IMG/VR virus record: IMGVR_UViG_3300045921_000730
Coordinates: 180,294 to 244,293 of that record
DNA: 64,000 bases
Reading direction: 5' to 3' (one strand)
Shown here: piece after piece, positions 29,746-38,524 of the stretch
Layout: the number at the start of each line of letters is the position of its first letter
How positions within the stretch are numbered: position 1 is the stretch's first letter
Translations under genes and position numbers: made by a program
The notes under the pieces: model-generated
The model's database searches: none
Seen by the model: only the letters and a program-made list of their open reading frames with translations
Told to the model about the DNA's origin: nothing

Positions 29746-30265
29746 TACAAAATTAGCGGACAGAACGTTGTGGTTTGATGGAATATCATCCTTTGATCCA
29801 TCAGAAATTGATAGTTTAATATCATTATATGATATTAAATATGTTAACTATCACAACGAAGAAACGCTTCGTTACAATAAAAATGTTGATAACAAAAAAC
29901 AACTTTTAGTAAAAAATAGTTGTGAAATCCCAAAAAAACAATGGACAATACCAGAAGAATACAAAAATATTAATGTAATTGAGTATGTTGCAACAAAACA
30001 CACCAAAATTATTGAAAATTTATCAAGCGAAGAAACTCTTGGTCGTGAAACCAGATTAGCAAAAGAACTTGTTTTATACCACAAAAAACATTTGTTTCCA
30101 GTATTGCAAACGATTATTTTTATAATAAATACTTTAACAGAAAAAAATATTGTCTGGGGTGTAGGTCGTGGTTCATCAGTTTCTTCGTATGTGTTATATG
30201 TAATTGGCTTGCACGATGTTGATAGTTATGCATACAATTTTGACATAAATGATTTCATTAAATAA
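29660..30265 (+). CDS. DNA polymerase III alpha-like N-side fragment (start uncertain; ATG 29714 possible)
   Basis: RL.KEL...WGVGRGSSVSSYVLYVIGLHDVD matches the DnaE GPGRGS.AGSLVAY.L.IT.D block; no PHP motifs. Confidence 0.8.
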   Translation: MGLQIQEYLQKHLLWIQQMENHTKVHSLNTKLADRTLWFDGISSFDPSEIDSLISLYDIKYVNYHNEETLRYNKNVDNKKQLLVKNSCEIPKKQWTIPEEYKNINVIEYVATKHTKIIENLSSEETLGRETRLAKELVLYHKKHLFPVLQTIIFIINTLTEKNIVWGVGRGSSVSSYVLYVIGLHDVDSYAYNFDINDFIK

Positions 30266-30315
30266 TACAATTGTCGGAAGAAAATCGAATGTTCTTTAGA
30301 CGTCTAGCAGTTGAC
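30266..30315 (+). mobile_element. Degenerate single-hairpin IS605 end remnant, copy I
   Basis: GAAGAAAA...GTTCTTTAGACGTCTAGCAGTTGAC resembles copies E, F and H; flank is TAAT rather than TTAT. Confidence 0.4.
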
Positions 30316-30355
30316 TAAATAATACTCCAACAAAAATGAGTATAGGAGAAAAATA

Positions 30356-30640
30356 ATGCCTAATAAAGTTAGAACAGCAAGGGGCGAATTAATTGATTTT
30401 GATCTTTTGCGTATCAAACAACAAATTGCAAAAAAGCCCCCCGAAACAGAAGTTAAAACAAGAGAAAATTTTATCGATAAAAAATTTCAAAGAAGATTAA
30501 AAAAGATTAACCCTGAAAAAATTATGGTTGAACTTCCCGACGTGTCCGTAGAACCAACAGTGTTGGAAACTAATGATACTGTAAGCGAACCAACCGTCGA
30601 AGAAAAACCAACAAAACCCAAAAAACATAAGGAAAATTAA
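30356..30640 (+). CDS. Hypothetical protein
   Basis: 94 aa with a strong GGAG RBS. Confidence 0.6.
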   Translation: MPNKVRTARGELIDFDLLRIKQQIAKKPPETEVKTRENFIDKKFQRRLKKINPEKIMVELPDVSVEPTVLETNDTVSEPTVEEKPTKPKKHKEN

Positions 30641-30641
30641 T

Positions 30642-30947
30642 ATGAAATTGCATGCAATTAGAAACCATATTATATTTCAATTTGTTGATGATATTGATAG
30701 TAAGGGACAATTCGTCTCCAAAACTTCTTCAGGATTCATACTTCCTGGACATTACGACAGCAGCGCAAAAGAAGCAAGGTGGGCTAAAGTAATTTCTGCC
30801 GGCCCCGAATGCGATGAAGTTCTCAAACGAGAGGGTTGTGAAATATTGATAGCGCCTCTTCGTTGGACAAAAGGATCAAGATTTGACGGCCAAACGTTCT
30901 GGCGCACTGATCAAAATCAAGTTTTAGGATATAAACTTCCAGAATAA
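30642..30947 (+). CDS. GroES-like co-chaperonin
   Basis: MKL..IRN.II, mobile-loop-like KTSSGFILP, V.SAGP. Confidence 0.75.
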   Translation: MKLHAIRNHIIFQFVDDIDSKGQFVSKTSSGFILPGHYDSSAKEARWAKVISAGPECDEVLKREGCEILIAPLRWTKGSRFDGQTFWRTDQNQVLGYKLPE

Positions 30948-30963
30948 TTTGAAGAGAAAATAA

Positions 30964-32220
30964 ATGATTTTTATTTTAATATTAGGACTCTCGGCGTTTG
31001 CTATTGCCGGTTCAGCAGCATTCTTTAGTGTTTTTGGTTTAGCAAATACGTTTGCCGGTGTTTTCTGGTCTGTTGTAATTATGGGCGGTGCTCTTGAAGC
31101 TGGGAAACTTGTTGCAGCATCATACCTATATCGTTATTGGAAACAAACAAATTTATTGTTAAAGTCGTATTTGTTCGTCTGCATTCTTGTTTTAATGTTA
31201 ATTACATCTACAGGTATTTTTGGTTTTTTAAGTTCAGGATATCAACAAGATGTGTTGCCTCTTCAACAAATCGCCTCTCAATTAGCATTATATGAAGAAG
31301 AAAAAGTAAGAGCTTTGGAACGGAAAAAACAAATTGATGATTTGCTTGCTAGCGGTCCAACAATAAACACTCTCCAAAACGGAGATAAGATTGATGTTAA
31401 TGCTGTCCGCGCTTTAAGAGAAACACGCAGAAGTCGTGAAAGTTTAGTATCACAATACAAAGAAGAACAAAAGCAAATAACACTACGAATTGGTGAATTG
31501 GATAATGAAATTCTTCAACTAAAACAAAAACAAATTGAAAAAGAAGCGCACGTGGGTCCAATTATTTACATTGCAAAGTCTCTTAATTTAAGTACAGACG
31601 ATGCAACAAAATATTTAATTTTATTAATTATTTTTGCTTTTGATCCATTGGCTGTTTCGTTAACGCTTGCTCTGAACATTGCTTTGGAACAAAGAAACAA
31701 AAAGCCAGAGCTTTTGTTTAATGAAAAAGATAACAATGTTAAGCACGCAAATATATCTGTCGAAAACTTAAAACCACTAAATTCTGAACCTTCAGAAGCA
31801 ATAAGTAAAAAACCAGAAATTTCAGAAAATTCAGAAGTGCCAACCGAAAAGTTTGAAATGGAAAAGAGAACTACAAAAGAATTGGAACCTCTCGATTTTG
31901 AATTTTCGAAAAAGTCTGAACCACAAATAGAACCACAAATAGAACCACAAATAGAACCACAAATAGAACCACAAGCAGATAAACAACAAACTGTTTCGCA
32001 AGAAACAAAGAACCAAACAAAAACACTAAGGAACGAACGATCGCGAATTCTTTCTACGCTAAACATCGAAAAAAATGACTTGCAAACCATTCTCGATTAT
32101 TATAGAGAATTAAAACAAAAAAACGGTAACTTATCAGGCGAAGAAAGAAACTTGTTGACAACAATTGAAACCTTTTTAAGGAAAAAGGGTCTTCACATAT
32201 ACGTCTCCGATTATTTGTAA
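30964..32220 (+). CDS. Membrane-anchored coiled-coil protein
   Basis: Three or four N-terminal hydrophobic helices, a coiled coil, a further TM (LIIFAFDPLA), then a low-complexity tail. Confidence 0.65.
   Translation: MIFILILGLSAFAIAGSAAFFSVFGLANTFAGVFWSVVIMGGALEAGKLVAASYLYRYWKQTNLLLKSYLFVCILVLMLITSTGIFGFLSSGYQQDVLPLQQIASQLALYEEEKVRALERKKQIDDLLASGPTINTLQNGDKIDVNAVRALRETRRSRESLVSQYKEEQKQITLRIGELDNEILQLKQKQIEKEAHVGPIIYIAKSLNLSTDDATKYLILLIIFAFDPLAVSLTLALNIALEQRNKKPELLFNEKDNNVKHANISVENLKPLNSEPSEAISKKPEISENSEVPTEKFEMEKRTTKELEPLDFEFSKKSEPQIEPQIEPQIEPQIEPQADKQQTVSQETKNQTKTLRNERSRILSTLNIEKNDLQTILDYYRELKQKNGNLSGEERNLLTTIETFLRKKGLHIYVSDYL
31918..31977 (+). repeat. 12-bp coding tandem repeat (EPQI x4 plus one variant)
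   Basis: GAACCACAAATA units read directly. Confidence 0.9.
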
Positions 32221-32221
32221 G

Positions 32222-32250
32222 TTGATTTATACTGTCACCACAGGTATAAT
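32222..32250 (+). promoter_or_regulatory. Sigma70-like promoter
   Basis: TTGATT-17-TATAAT upstream of the clamp loader gene. Confidence 0.65.
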
Positions 32251-32279
32251 AAACTTATACTAATATATTTGGAGATCGC

Positions 32280-33218
32280 ATGGAAAAACGACACAAGTTG
32301 TGGGTTGAGCAATATAGACCCTCTACAGTTGAAACCTTTATTTTTCAAGACAAACACCAAGAAGCAGCAATTAGGGAAATGATTAACAATCGTCAGCTTC
32401 CCCACTTACTTTTTGCTGGAACTGCCGGAACAGGAAAAACTACTTTAGCAAAAATTCTCATTAAAGAAACTGGCGTTGACGAAAACGATGTTCTTTTTCT
32501 TAATGCTTCTGATGAAAATTCCGTAGATACAATTCGAGAAAAAATTAAAAATTTTGTTTCGACATATGCTATGGGTTCTTTTAAAGTTGTTTTTCTCGAT
32601 GAGGCCGATTACTTAACAGGAAACGCTCAAGGAATTTTAAGAAACTTGATGGAACAATATGCTAACACTACAAGTTTTATTTTAACTTGTAATTACGATT
32701 ACAAAATTATAGAACCAATTAAATCTAGATGTCAAAAATTTACATTTAAAGCAATGGATAAACAAGACATAACACTCTATTGTGCTGAAATTCTTGTTGA
32801 CCAAAAAATTAAATTTTCCAAAAAAGTTCTTGAAAAGTTTGTTGCTGCTGGATATCCCGATGTAAGAAAAATTGTTAATAGTTTGCAACAATATTCAATT
32901 GGCGAAAAGCTGCAATCGCCCAACGATGAAAATATTGCTGGAGGTGATTGGAAATTCAACCTTTTGGAAATGTTAAATCGTAATGATTGGATAGAAATAA
33001 GAAAAACAATTTGTGCAAGTATTGCAGGAGAAGAATGGATTGATTTGTATCGTTTTATGTATGAAAATTTGAATGCTTGTCCTAAGTTTTCAAATAAAGA
33101 ATCTTGGGAACAAGGCATCGTAATTATAGCAGAACATTTATATAAACACTCAATTGTTGCGGATCCGGAAATTAATGCCGCATCAATGTTTATTCAACTG
33201 GGGAACGTTAATGCCTAA
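32280..33218 (+). CDS. Clamp loader AAA+ subunit (gp44/RFC-like)
   Basis: LWVEQYRP, GTAGTGKTT, LNASD, DEADYL, SRC motifs. Confidence 0.9.
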   Translation: MEKRHKLWVEQYRPSTVETFIFQDKHQEAAIREMINNRQLPHLLFAGTAGTGKTTLAKILIKETGVDENDVLFLNASDENSVDTIREKIKNFVSTYAMGSFKVVFLDEADYLTGNAQGILRNLMEQYANTTSFILTCNYDYKIIEPIKSRCQKFTFKAMDKQDITLYCAEILVDQKIKFSKKVLEKFVAAGYPDVRKIVNSLQQYSIGEKLQSPNDENIAGGDWKFNLLEMLNRNDWIEIRKTICASIAGEEWIDLYRFMYENLNACPKFSNKESWEQGIVIIAEHLYKHSIVADPEINAASMFIQLGNVNA

Positions 33219-33555
33219 GAAAAGAAAACAACCAAACGAAACAATTGAAGAACAAAAAATACGAATGGATTTGGAGGCAATTTCAAACTATGCAACGCGA
33301 AGCGAAAAGATGTCATTTCATAGAATGATGGACAATCTTGTAAAAGCAATTGCCGAACTAAAACCAATTCAAGACAAAATTCTTGAATTGGAAACTAAAA
33401 AAATTCCTTTAGTAGACGAAATTGCAACTCTAAGAAATAAAATGGTTCGAGATTGTGTTCATCCTTATGAACATTTGGTTCATAAAGGTGATCACATTGA
33501 ATGTAAGTTTTGTAATAAAAAATTTGCGCTAACAAAATGGCAGAAAGAAGATTAG
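33211..33555 (+). CDS. Hypothetical protein with C-terminal zinc-binding motif
   Basis: CVHP...ECKFC; ATG 33211 is the likelier start. Confidence 0.6.
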   Translation: MPKKRKQPNETIEEQKIRMDLEAISNYATRSEKMSFHRMMDNLVKAIAELKPIQDKILELETKKIPLVDEIATLRNKMVRDCVHPYEHLVHKGDHIECKFCNKKFALTKWQKED

Positions 33556-34097
33556 ACCTATTTAAGTTGCTGGGCGAAATAAGTAAAAAAAATATAACTT
33601 ATTATGAAACTCTTTCAGAACAAGAAGTAAAAGAGTTTATTCCGTTTGTTGTTCAACGTTGGCTTTCAGGAACAACAAATAAACAACAAATTTATTTGTT
33701 GAATGAAATTGTTAATCAATGTATCTTTAACTTAGGAAACCAACACAAAAAGTTGTTGTTTGATTTATTAACAATTGCTTGTAGTGGGCGATCACAAAAA
33801 TATTATTGGAACAAATTACCAACAAAAACGGTGAATAGTAAACCTGTATCGCTCGATGTAATTTGTCAATATTACAATTATTCCAAAAAACAAGGGACGG
33901 AAGCGTTGGGGTTGATGTCGTATGACGATGTTGTTTATTGTGCTGAAGAGTTAGGAAAACAAGAAGAAGATATTAACAAAATAAGTAAAGAATGGGGAGT
34001 AAAAAATGTTAGAAAAAATAATAGTAAAGACGAAGGACAAGCAAACAACATACACAAAACAAGTAAAGGGAAGTTTGGAGATGCTTTTGAAGACTGA
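33537..34097 (+). CDS. Probable clamp loader small subunit (gp62-like)
   Basis: F.PFVVQRWLS motif and position near the gp44-like gene. Confidence 0.55.
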   Translation: MAERRLDLFKLLGEISKKNITYYETLSEQEVKEFIPFVVQRWLSGTTNKQQIYLLNEIVNQCIFNLGNQHKKLLFDLLTIACSGRSQKYYWNKLPTKTVNSKPVSLDVICQYYNYSKKQGTEALGLMSYDDVVYCAEELGKQEEDINKISKEWGVKNVRKNNSKDEGQANNIHKTSKGKFGDAFED

Positions 34098-34198
34098 AAG
34101 AAGTTTTATAAAAACAACTAAGTCACATTGATGAACAAACAAAAACGTCTGAAACATTTAAAAGAATAACTCCAACACACCAAAAAATCTTTTAATCT

Positions 34199-34912
34199 AT
34201 GCTAATGACTTTTGTGGCAAAAACATCTTCTTATACACCTCCGAGATATCAATGCAAATATTGCTCTAAGCTTTTTGTTAGAGAAAATATGTTTCTTCAA
34301 CACAAGTGCAAAGATATGATTCGTGCTGAAGAACTGCAAACGCCAATAGGTCAAGCAGCACTGAATTATTATGTAATGTGGATGAAAACATATAACAGAA
34401 TTGTAAAAAGACCAGAAAGTTTTGCTCACTCCAAATACTACAGAACTTTTATTGAGTTTGCTAAATTTGTAAAATCAGTAAAGTTGCCCGATGTAGAAAA
34501 GTTTCTATGGCTAATGAAAGAAAAAGATTTACCACCATCATTGTGGAAAACTGATGAGGTCTATAGTCTGTATATTGAATTTTTAGATAATCAATTATCA
34601 CCACTTAAAAAAGTAAAAATTTCTATTGACAGTTTAGTTACAAAGGCGTCTGCGTTGGATGTTGATATATCTGATATATTTTCTGCTATTTCAATAAATG
34701 AAATCTTACATATGTTAAGAACAAGGCAACTATCGCCTTGGCTATTACTAGAAAGTAAAAAGTTTAAAGAAAAATACAAAAGAGAAGCCACCGAAGAACA
34801 AAAAATTTTACTAGAAACGTTTATTAGACCAGACTATTGGATAGAAAAACGAAAAAACAATCCTAAAATTGTCGAGAAAATACGGAAAATAGTATCAGAA
34901 CTAAACATATAA
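34199..34912 (+). CDS. Hypothetical protein with N-terminal C2H2-like zinc finger
   Basis: YQCKYCSKLF...FLQHKC. Confidence 0.65.
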   Translation: MLMTFVAKTSSYTPPRYQCKYCSKLFVRENMFLQHKCKDMIRAEELQTPIGQAALNYYVMWMKTYNRIVKRPESFAHSKYYRTFIEFAKFVKSVKLPDVEKFLWLMKEKDLPPSLWKTDEVYSLYIEFLDNQLSPLKKVKISIDSLVTKASALDVDISDIFSAISINEILHMLRTRQLSPWLLLESKKFKEKYKREATEEQKILLETFIRPDYWIEKRKNNPKIVEKIRKIVSELNI

Positions 34913-34924
34913 ACTACCACAAAC

Positions 34925-34974
34925 CTGAACTACCACCTGTCTAAAGAACGTTAGTTTTTCTTCAATTTTTCTAT
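34925..34974 (-). mobile_element. Short single-hairpin IS605 derivative, copy H (degenerate)
   Basis: Minus strand reads TTAT | ATAGAAAAATTGAAGAAAA...TCTTTAGACAGGTGGTAGTTCAG. Confidence 0.6.
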
Positions 34975-35011
34975 ATAAATAAATAAGATATTATTTATAT
35001 GGGAGAACTTT

Positions 35012-36727
35012 ATGGCATATCAGATCGACTTTTCAGATCTAACAAAGCCAAGTTTTAGCATTTCAGACTATTCGTTCAATGGACCTGGTGGGATAAGTGT
35101 AAATTCTTCTTTAAGATTATATGGACGAAATGCTCAAGAGTGGGGTGAAGCGGTCAACGAAAACCTGCTCAGATTAGCTGAAAACTGGGCAAGTGCAACT
35201 CCACCAATTAACCCAATCAACGGACAAAGTTGGGTAAAAGAAGAAATTTATTGGAGGAATTCATCAGTAATTTTATTTCCAGCACCTTCGGCGCCGGCTA
35301 CATCATTTTATAGATATAATTTTACAACAAATTCATGGGATGAAATTAGTGCAAACGTACAAGTAATTAATGGTCCTTTACCTCCTTCCGCACCAATCGG
35401 ATCCTATGTTTATAATATATTAACATCAACTTTATATCGGTATGACTCACAATACAAACAAACAACGTTTGCTTGGTTAGAGCGAAATTACAGAGTTGAA
35501 ACAACAACACCAGGACTTTCTGACAATCCACGTAACGACTTTTTAATATACAATGAAGCAGAAGCTTCTTGGAAATCATTAACGCCAAATGTTGGTATAC
35601 CAGTAACTAACCAATTTGTAAAAATCACAACCAACAACACAGGAAATATTACAGCAACATCACCAGTAACAACAACTGATGTTACACCATTGGTAGATAG
35701 TGTGTATGTTAATATAACCGGCGATACAATGACAGGCAATCTAACCATGTCAGGAGGTAGTCAAGTGCTTGGGTTGCCACCGACGCCATCTGCAACAGCA
35801 GCAGCATCTAAAGAATATGTTGATAACCAAGACGCATTAAAATTAAACTTAACGGGTGGTGTATTAACCGGCTCTTTAACATTATCTGGTCCTCCTGCTG
35901 GACCAAACGAAGCAGCAACAAAACAATATGTTGATAATCTGATTAATACTTTGAATAATACTATTTTTCCCGTAGGAATGATTGTAGATTATGGTGGTTC
36001 GGTTGCACCCGCAGGATGGTTGATTTGTGATGGACAAGCTGTGTCACGCACAACATATGCCGACTTGTTTGCTGTAATAGGTGTAACGTACGGAAGTGGT
36101 GATGGATCAACAACATTTAATCTTCCGGACGCAAGAGGTCGTGTTGGAGTTGGTGTGGGACCTGCAACGTTTGTTGAAAATTTGGTTTTACAGCCTGCAA
36201 TCGGCAACGCTGTTAGTGTAGTATCAAATACTGATACGTGGATTACTGGCATGCCTGTTATTGTATCAAACGTTAGTGGTTTTAGTGGTTTGACGAATGG
36301 GTCATGGTGGATTATTCGTGTAAATAACAATCAAATTAGATTTGCAACGTCACTAGAAAATGCTCAAAACAATATAGCACAAACCATAACTGGTACAGGT
36401 ACAGCAACCATTACATATCAAACAGATTCAAGATTATTGGGTGGACGGGGCGGAGAGTCGTCTCATGCCCAAAACATAAACGAAATTTTGAAACATGCAC
36501 ACACGTTTCCTGGTACTTTTCAAACTTTGCCGACGCTTGGTGGCGGAGGCGGAGGCGGAGGCGGTAATTACGGATATAACCCAGGGAAGACCCCGCCCCC
36601 TGGTCCACCGGTGTTGGAATCACGTCTCATAAACGTCGGTGCAACGCCTACATCACTTATAGGCAACAATGTTACTATGAATAATATGCAGCCGTATATT
36701 GTTTTAAATAAAATAATAAAGTTTTAA
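35012..36727 (+). CDS. Virion fibre/baseplate protein with tail-collar domain
   Basis: N-terminal SLRLYGR...WGEAVNEN.LRLAE.WA domain; PVG.I.DYGG..APAGWLICDG collar motif. Confidence 0.8.
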   Translation: MAYQIDFSDLTKPSFSISDYSFNGPGGISVNSSLRLYGRNAQEWGEAVNENLLRLAENWASATPPINPINGQSWVKEEIYWRNSSVILFPAPSAPATSFYRYNFTTNSWDEISANVQVINGPLPPSAPIGSYVYNILTSTLYRYDSQYKQTTFAWLERNYRVETTTPGLSDNPRNDFLIYNEAEASWKSLTPNVGIPVTNQFVKITTNNTGNITATSPVTTTDVTPLVDSVYVNITGDTMTGNLTMSGGSQVLGLPPTPSATAAASKEYVDNQDALKLNLTGGVLTGSLTLSGPPAGPNEAATKQYVDNLINTLNNTIFPVGMIVDYGGSVAPAGWLICDGQAVSRTTYADLFAVIGVTYGSGDGSTTFNLPDARGRVGVGVGPATFVENLVLQPAIGNAVSVVSNTDTWITGMPVIVSNVSGFSGLTNGSWWIIRVNNNQIRFATSLENAQNNIAQTITGTGTATITYQTDSRLLGGRGGESSHAQNINEILKHAHTFPGTFQTLPTLGGGGGGGGGNYGYNPGKTPPPGPPVLESRLINVGATPTSLIGNNVTMNNMQPYIVLNKIIKF

Positions 36728-36738
36728 TGGAGTGATAA

Positions 36739-38493
36739 ATGTCATATACAATTAATTTTTCGGATCCACTTAAGCCAACATTTATAGTAAACACTGGCGA
36801 TTTTAATGGTCCCGGAGGAAATACAGCAAATTCTTCGTTAAGAATTTATGGTCGAAGCACACTTGAATGGGGAGAAGCTGTCAATGAAAATCAGCTCCGC
36901 TTAACTGAACATTGGGCAGGTGCAACACCACCACCTTTTCCAATAGAAGGACAGCTTTGGTACGAACAACAACTTTATATTTTACAACCAGGCACAGCAT
37001 GGTGGCGTTGGAATTTTACTGGACAAATATGGGAAGACATAACAATTAATGTGCACGGTAATACAGTAGGTAGTAACACACCACCATTAACACCATCAGA
37101 TGGTGACTATTGGTATACAGGCTCAACACCATCTCTTCCAGGAATACAACCAAACACTTTATATAGGTATGATTCTTTATATCGTCAAATACCATCGTCA
37201 TGGCTTAAACGTATCTCGGGAACATCAACAACACCTCCAAATGCACCGCCTGTTTCTCGTTTGCTCGTATGGACAGGAACAGAATGGAGAGCAAATACAA
37301 ACATTTTTACTTCTTCATCGCAACCCGAAAATCCAACTGTGGGAGATCTCTGGTTTGACGTTTCTGGTGCTCCGGTAAATGTTCTTCGTGTCTACGATGG
37401 AACGGTTTGGGAAATTGTTAATCAAAATAAATTTGATCAAAGATATGTTAATATAACTGGCGACACGATGAACGGCGTTCTTAATATGGGAAACAACAAC
37501 ATTATTAATGTCGTTGATCCGGTAAACAACCAAGATGCAGCCACAAAAGCATATGTTGACAGTGGCGATACTACAAAAGTAAGTAAATCTGGCGACACAA
37601 TGAACGGCGTTCTTAATATGGGAAACAACAACATTATTAATGTCGTTGATCCGGTAAACAACCAAGATGCAGCCACAAAAGCATATGTCGACGCTGCAAC
37701 TGCTTCTGTTACAGTTTTTCCAACTGGTGCAATACTTGATTATTTGGGCACAACTGCACCAACTGGCTGGTTACTACTAAACGGAAACACGATTGGCAAC
37801 ACAGGTTCTGGAGCAACGTTTGCAGGAGCGTTATATCAAAACTTATATAACTTGTTATGGAATCTATCGCAAGAACTCGCGCCCGTTTCTGGTGGAAGAG
37901 GCGTTTCTGCTGCTGCTGACTGGACAGCAAATAAAACGTTGGGCTTACCAAATGCTGGACAAAGAACTTTCATTGGAGCAGGCAGCGCTGCTGGTCAATT
38001 TGATAATTTCACAGACACAGCTGTTAACATAACAAACGAAAGAATAACAGTTCCTTCTAATGTTGACAAATGGATTACAGGCATGCCAGTTGTCTTTAAT
38101 GTTATTTCTGGCACATCACCAGCACCGTTGGTTGATTCCACAACATACTGGATTATTCGTATTTCAGCAACAGAAATACAACTTGCTTCTTCGTTAGCAA
38201 ATGCACAAAATCAAAATCCAATCAATTTGACAACCGCTGGTTCAGGCACATTCAGAGTTACATACACACCAAGTGGCACTAGAGCGTTTGGTACGATTGG
38301 TGGAGAATCGTCTCATGCTCAAAACATAAACGAACTATTAGCACATAATCACTCTTTTGGTGCTTTAAATACGGGTGCTGGTGCTTTGGGAACTGGTAAT
38401 ATTGTTGCATCAAATACTGGAACAACAGGTGGTAATGTTGCTATGAATATTATGCAGCCGTACATTGTAACGAATAAAATTATTAAAATCTAA
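36739..38493 (+). CDS. Paralogous virion fibre protein with tail-collar domain
   Basis: Same N-terminal domain; FPTGAILDY...APTGWLLLNG motif. Confidence 0.8.
   Translation: MSYTINFSDPLKPTFIVNTGDFNGPGGNTANSSLRIYGRSTLEWGEAVNENQLRLTEHWAGATPPPFPIEGQLWYEQQLYILQPGTAWWRWNFTGQIWEDITINVHGNTVGSNTPPLTPSDGDYWYTGSTPSLPGIQPNTLYRYDSLYRQIPSSWLKRISGTSTTPPNAPPVSRLLVWTGTEWRANTNIFTSSSQPENPTVGDLWFDVSGAPVNVLRVYDGTVWEIVNQNKFDQRYVNITGDTMNGVLNMGNNNIINVVDPVNNQDAATKAYVDSGDTTKVSKSGDTMNGVLNMGNNNIINVVDPVNNQDAATKAYVDAATASVTVFPTGAILDYLGTTAPTGWLLLNGNTIGNTGSGATFAGALYQNLYNLLWNLSQELAPVSGGRGVSAAADWTANKTLGLPNAGQRTFIGAGSAAGQFDNFTDTAVNITNERITVPSNVDKWITGMPVVFNVISGTSPAPLVDSTTYWIIRISATEIQLASSLANAQNQNPINLTTAGSGTFRVTYTPSGTRAFGTIGGESSHAQNINELLAHNHSFGALNTGAGALGTGNIVASNTGTTGGNVAMNIMQPYIVTNKIIKI
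37458..37688 (+). repeat. Near-perfect ~99-bp in-frame direct duplication (period 132 bp)
   Basis: 37458-37556 versus 37590-37688, encoding GDTMNGVLNMGNNNIINVVDPVNNQDAATKAYV twice. Confidence 0.9.
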
Positions 38494-38524
38494 AATAAAT
38501 ATTATATAAACAAGGGAAAAAGCG

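Noticed and set aside
36540-36563. GGCGGA microsatellite as a phase-variation tract
   Set aside because: It is in-frame polyglycine coding with a unit length that is a multiple of three.
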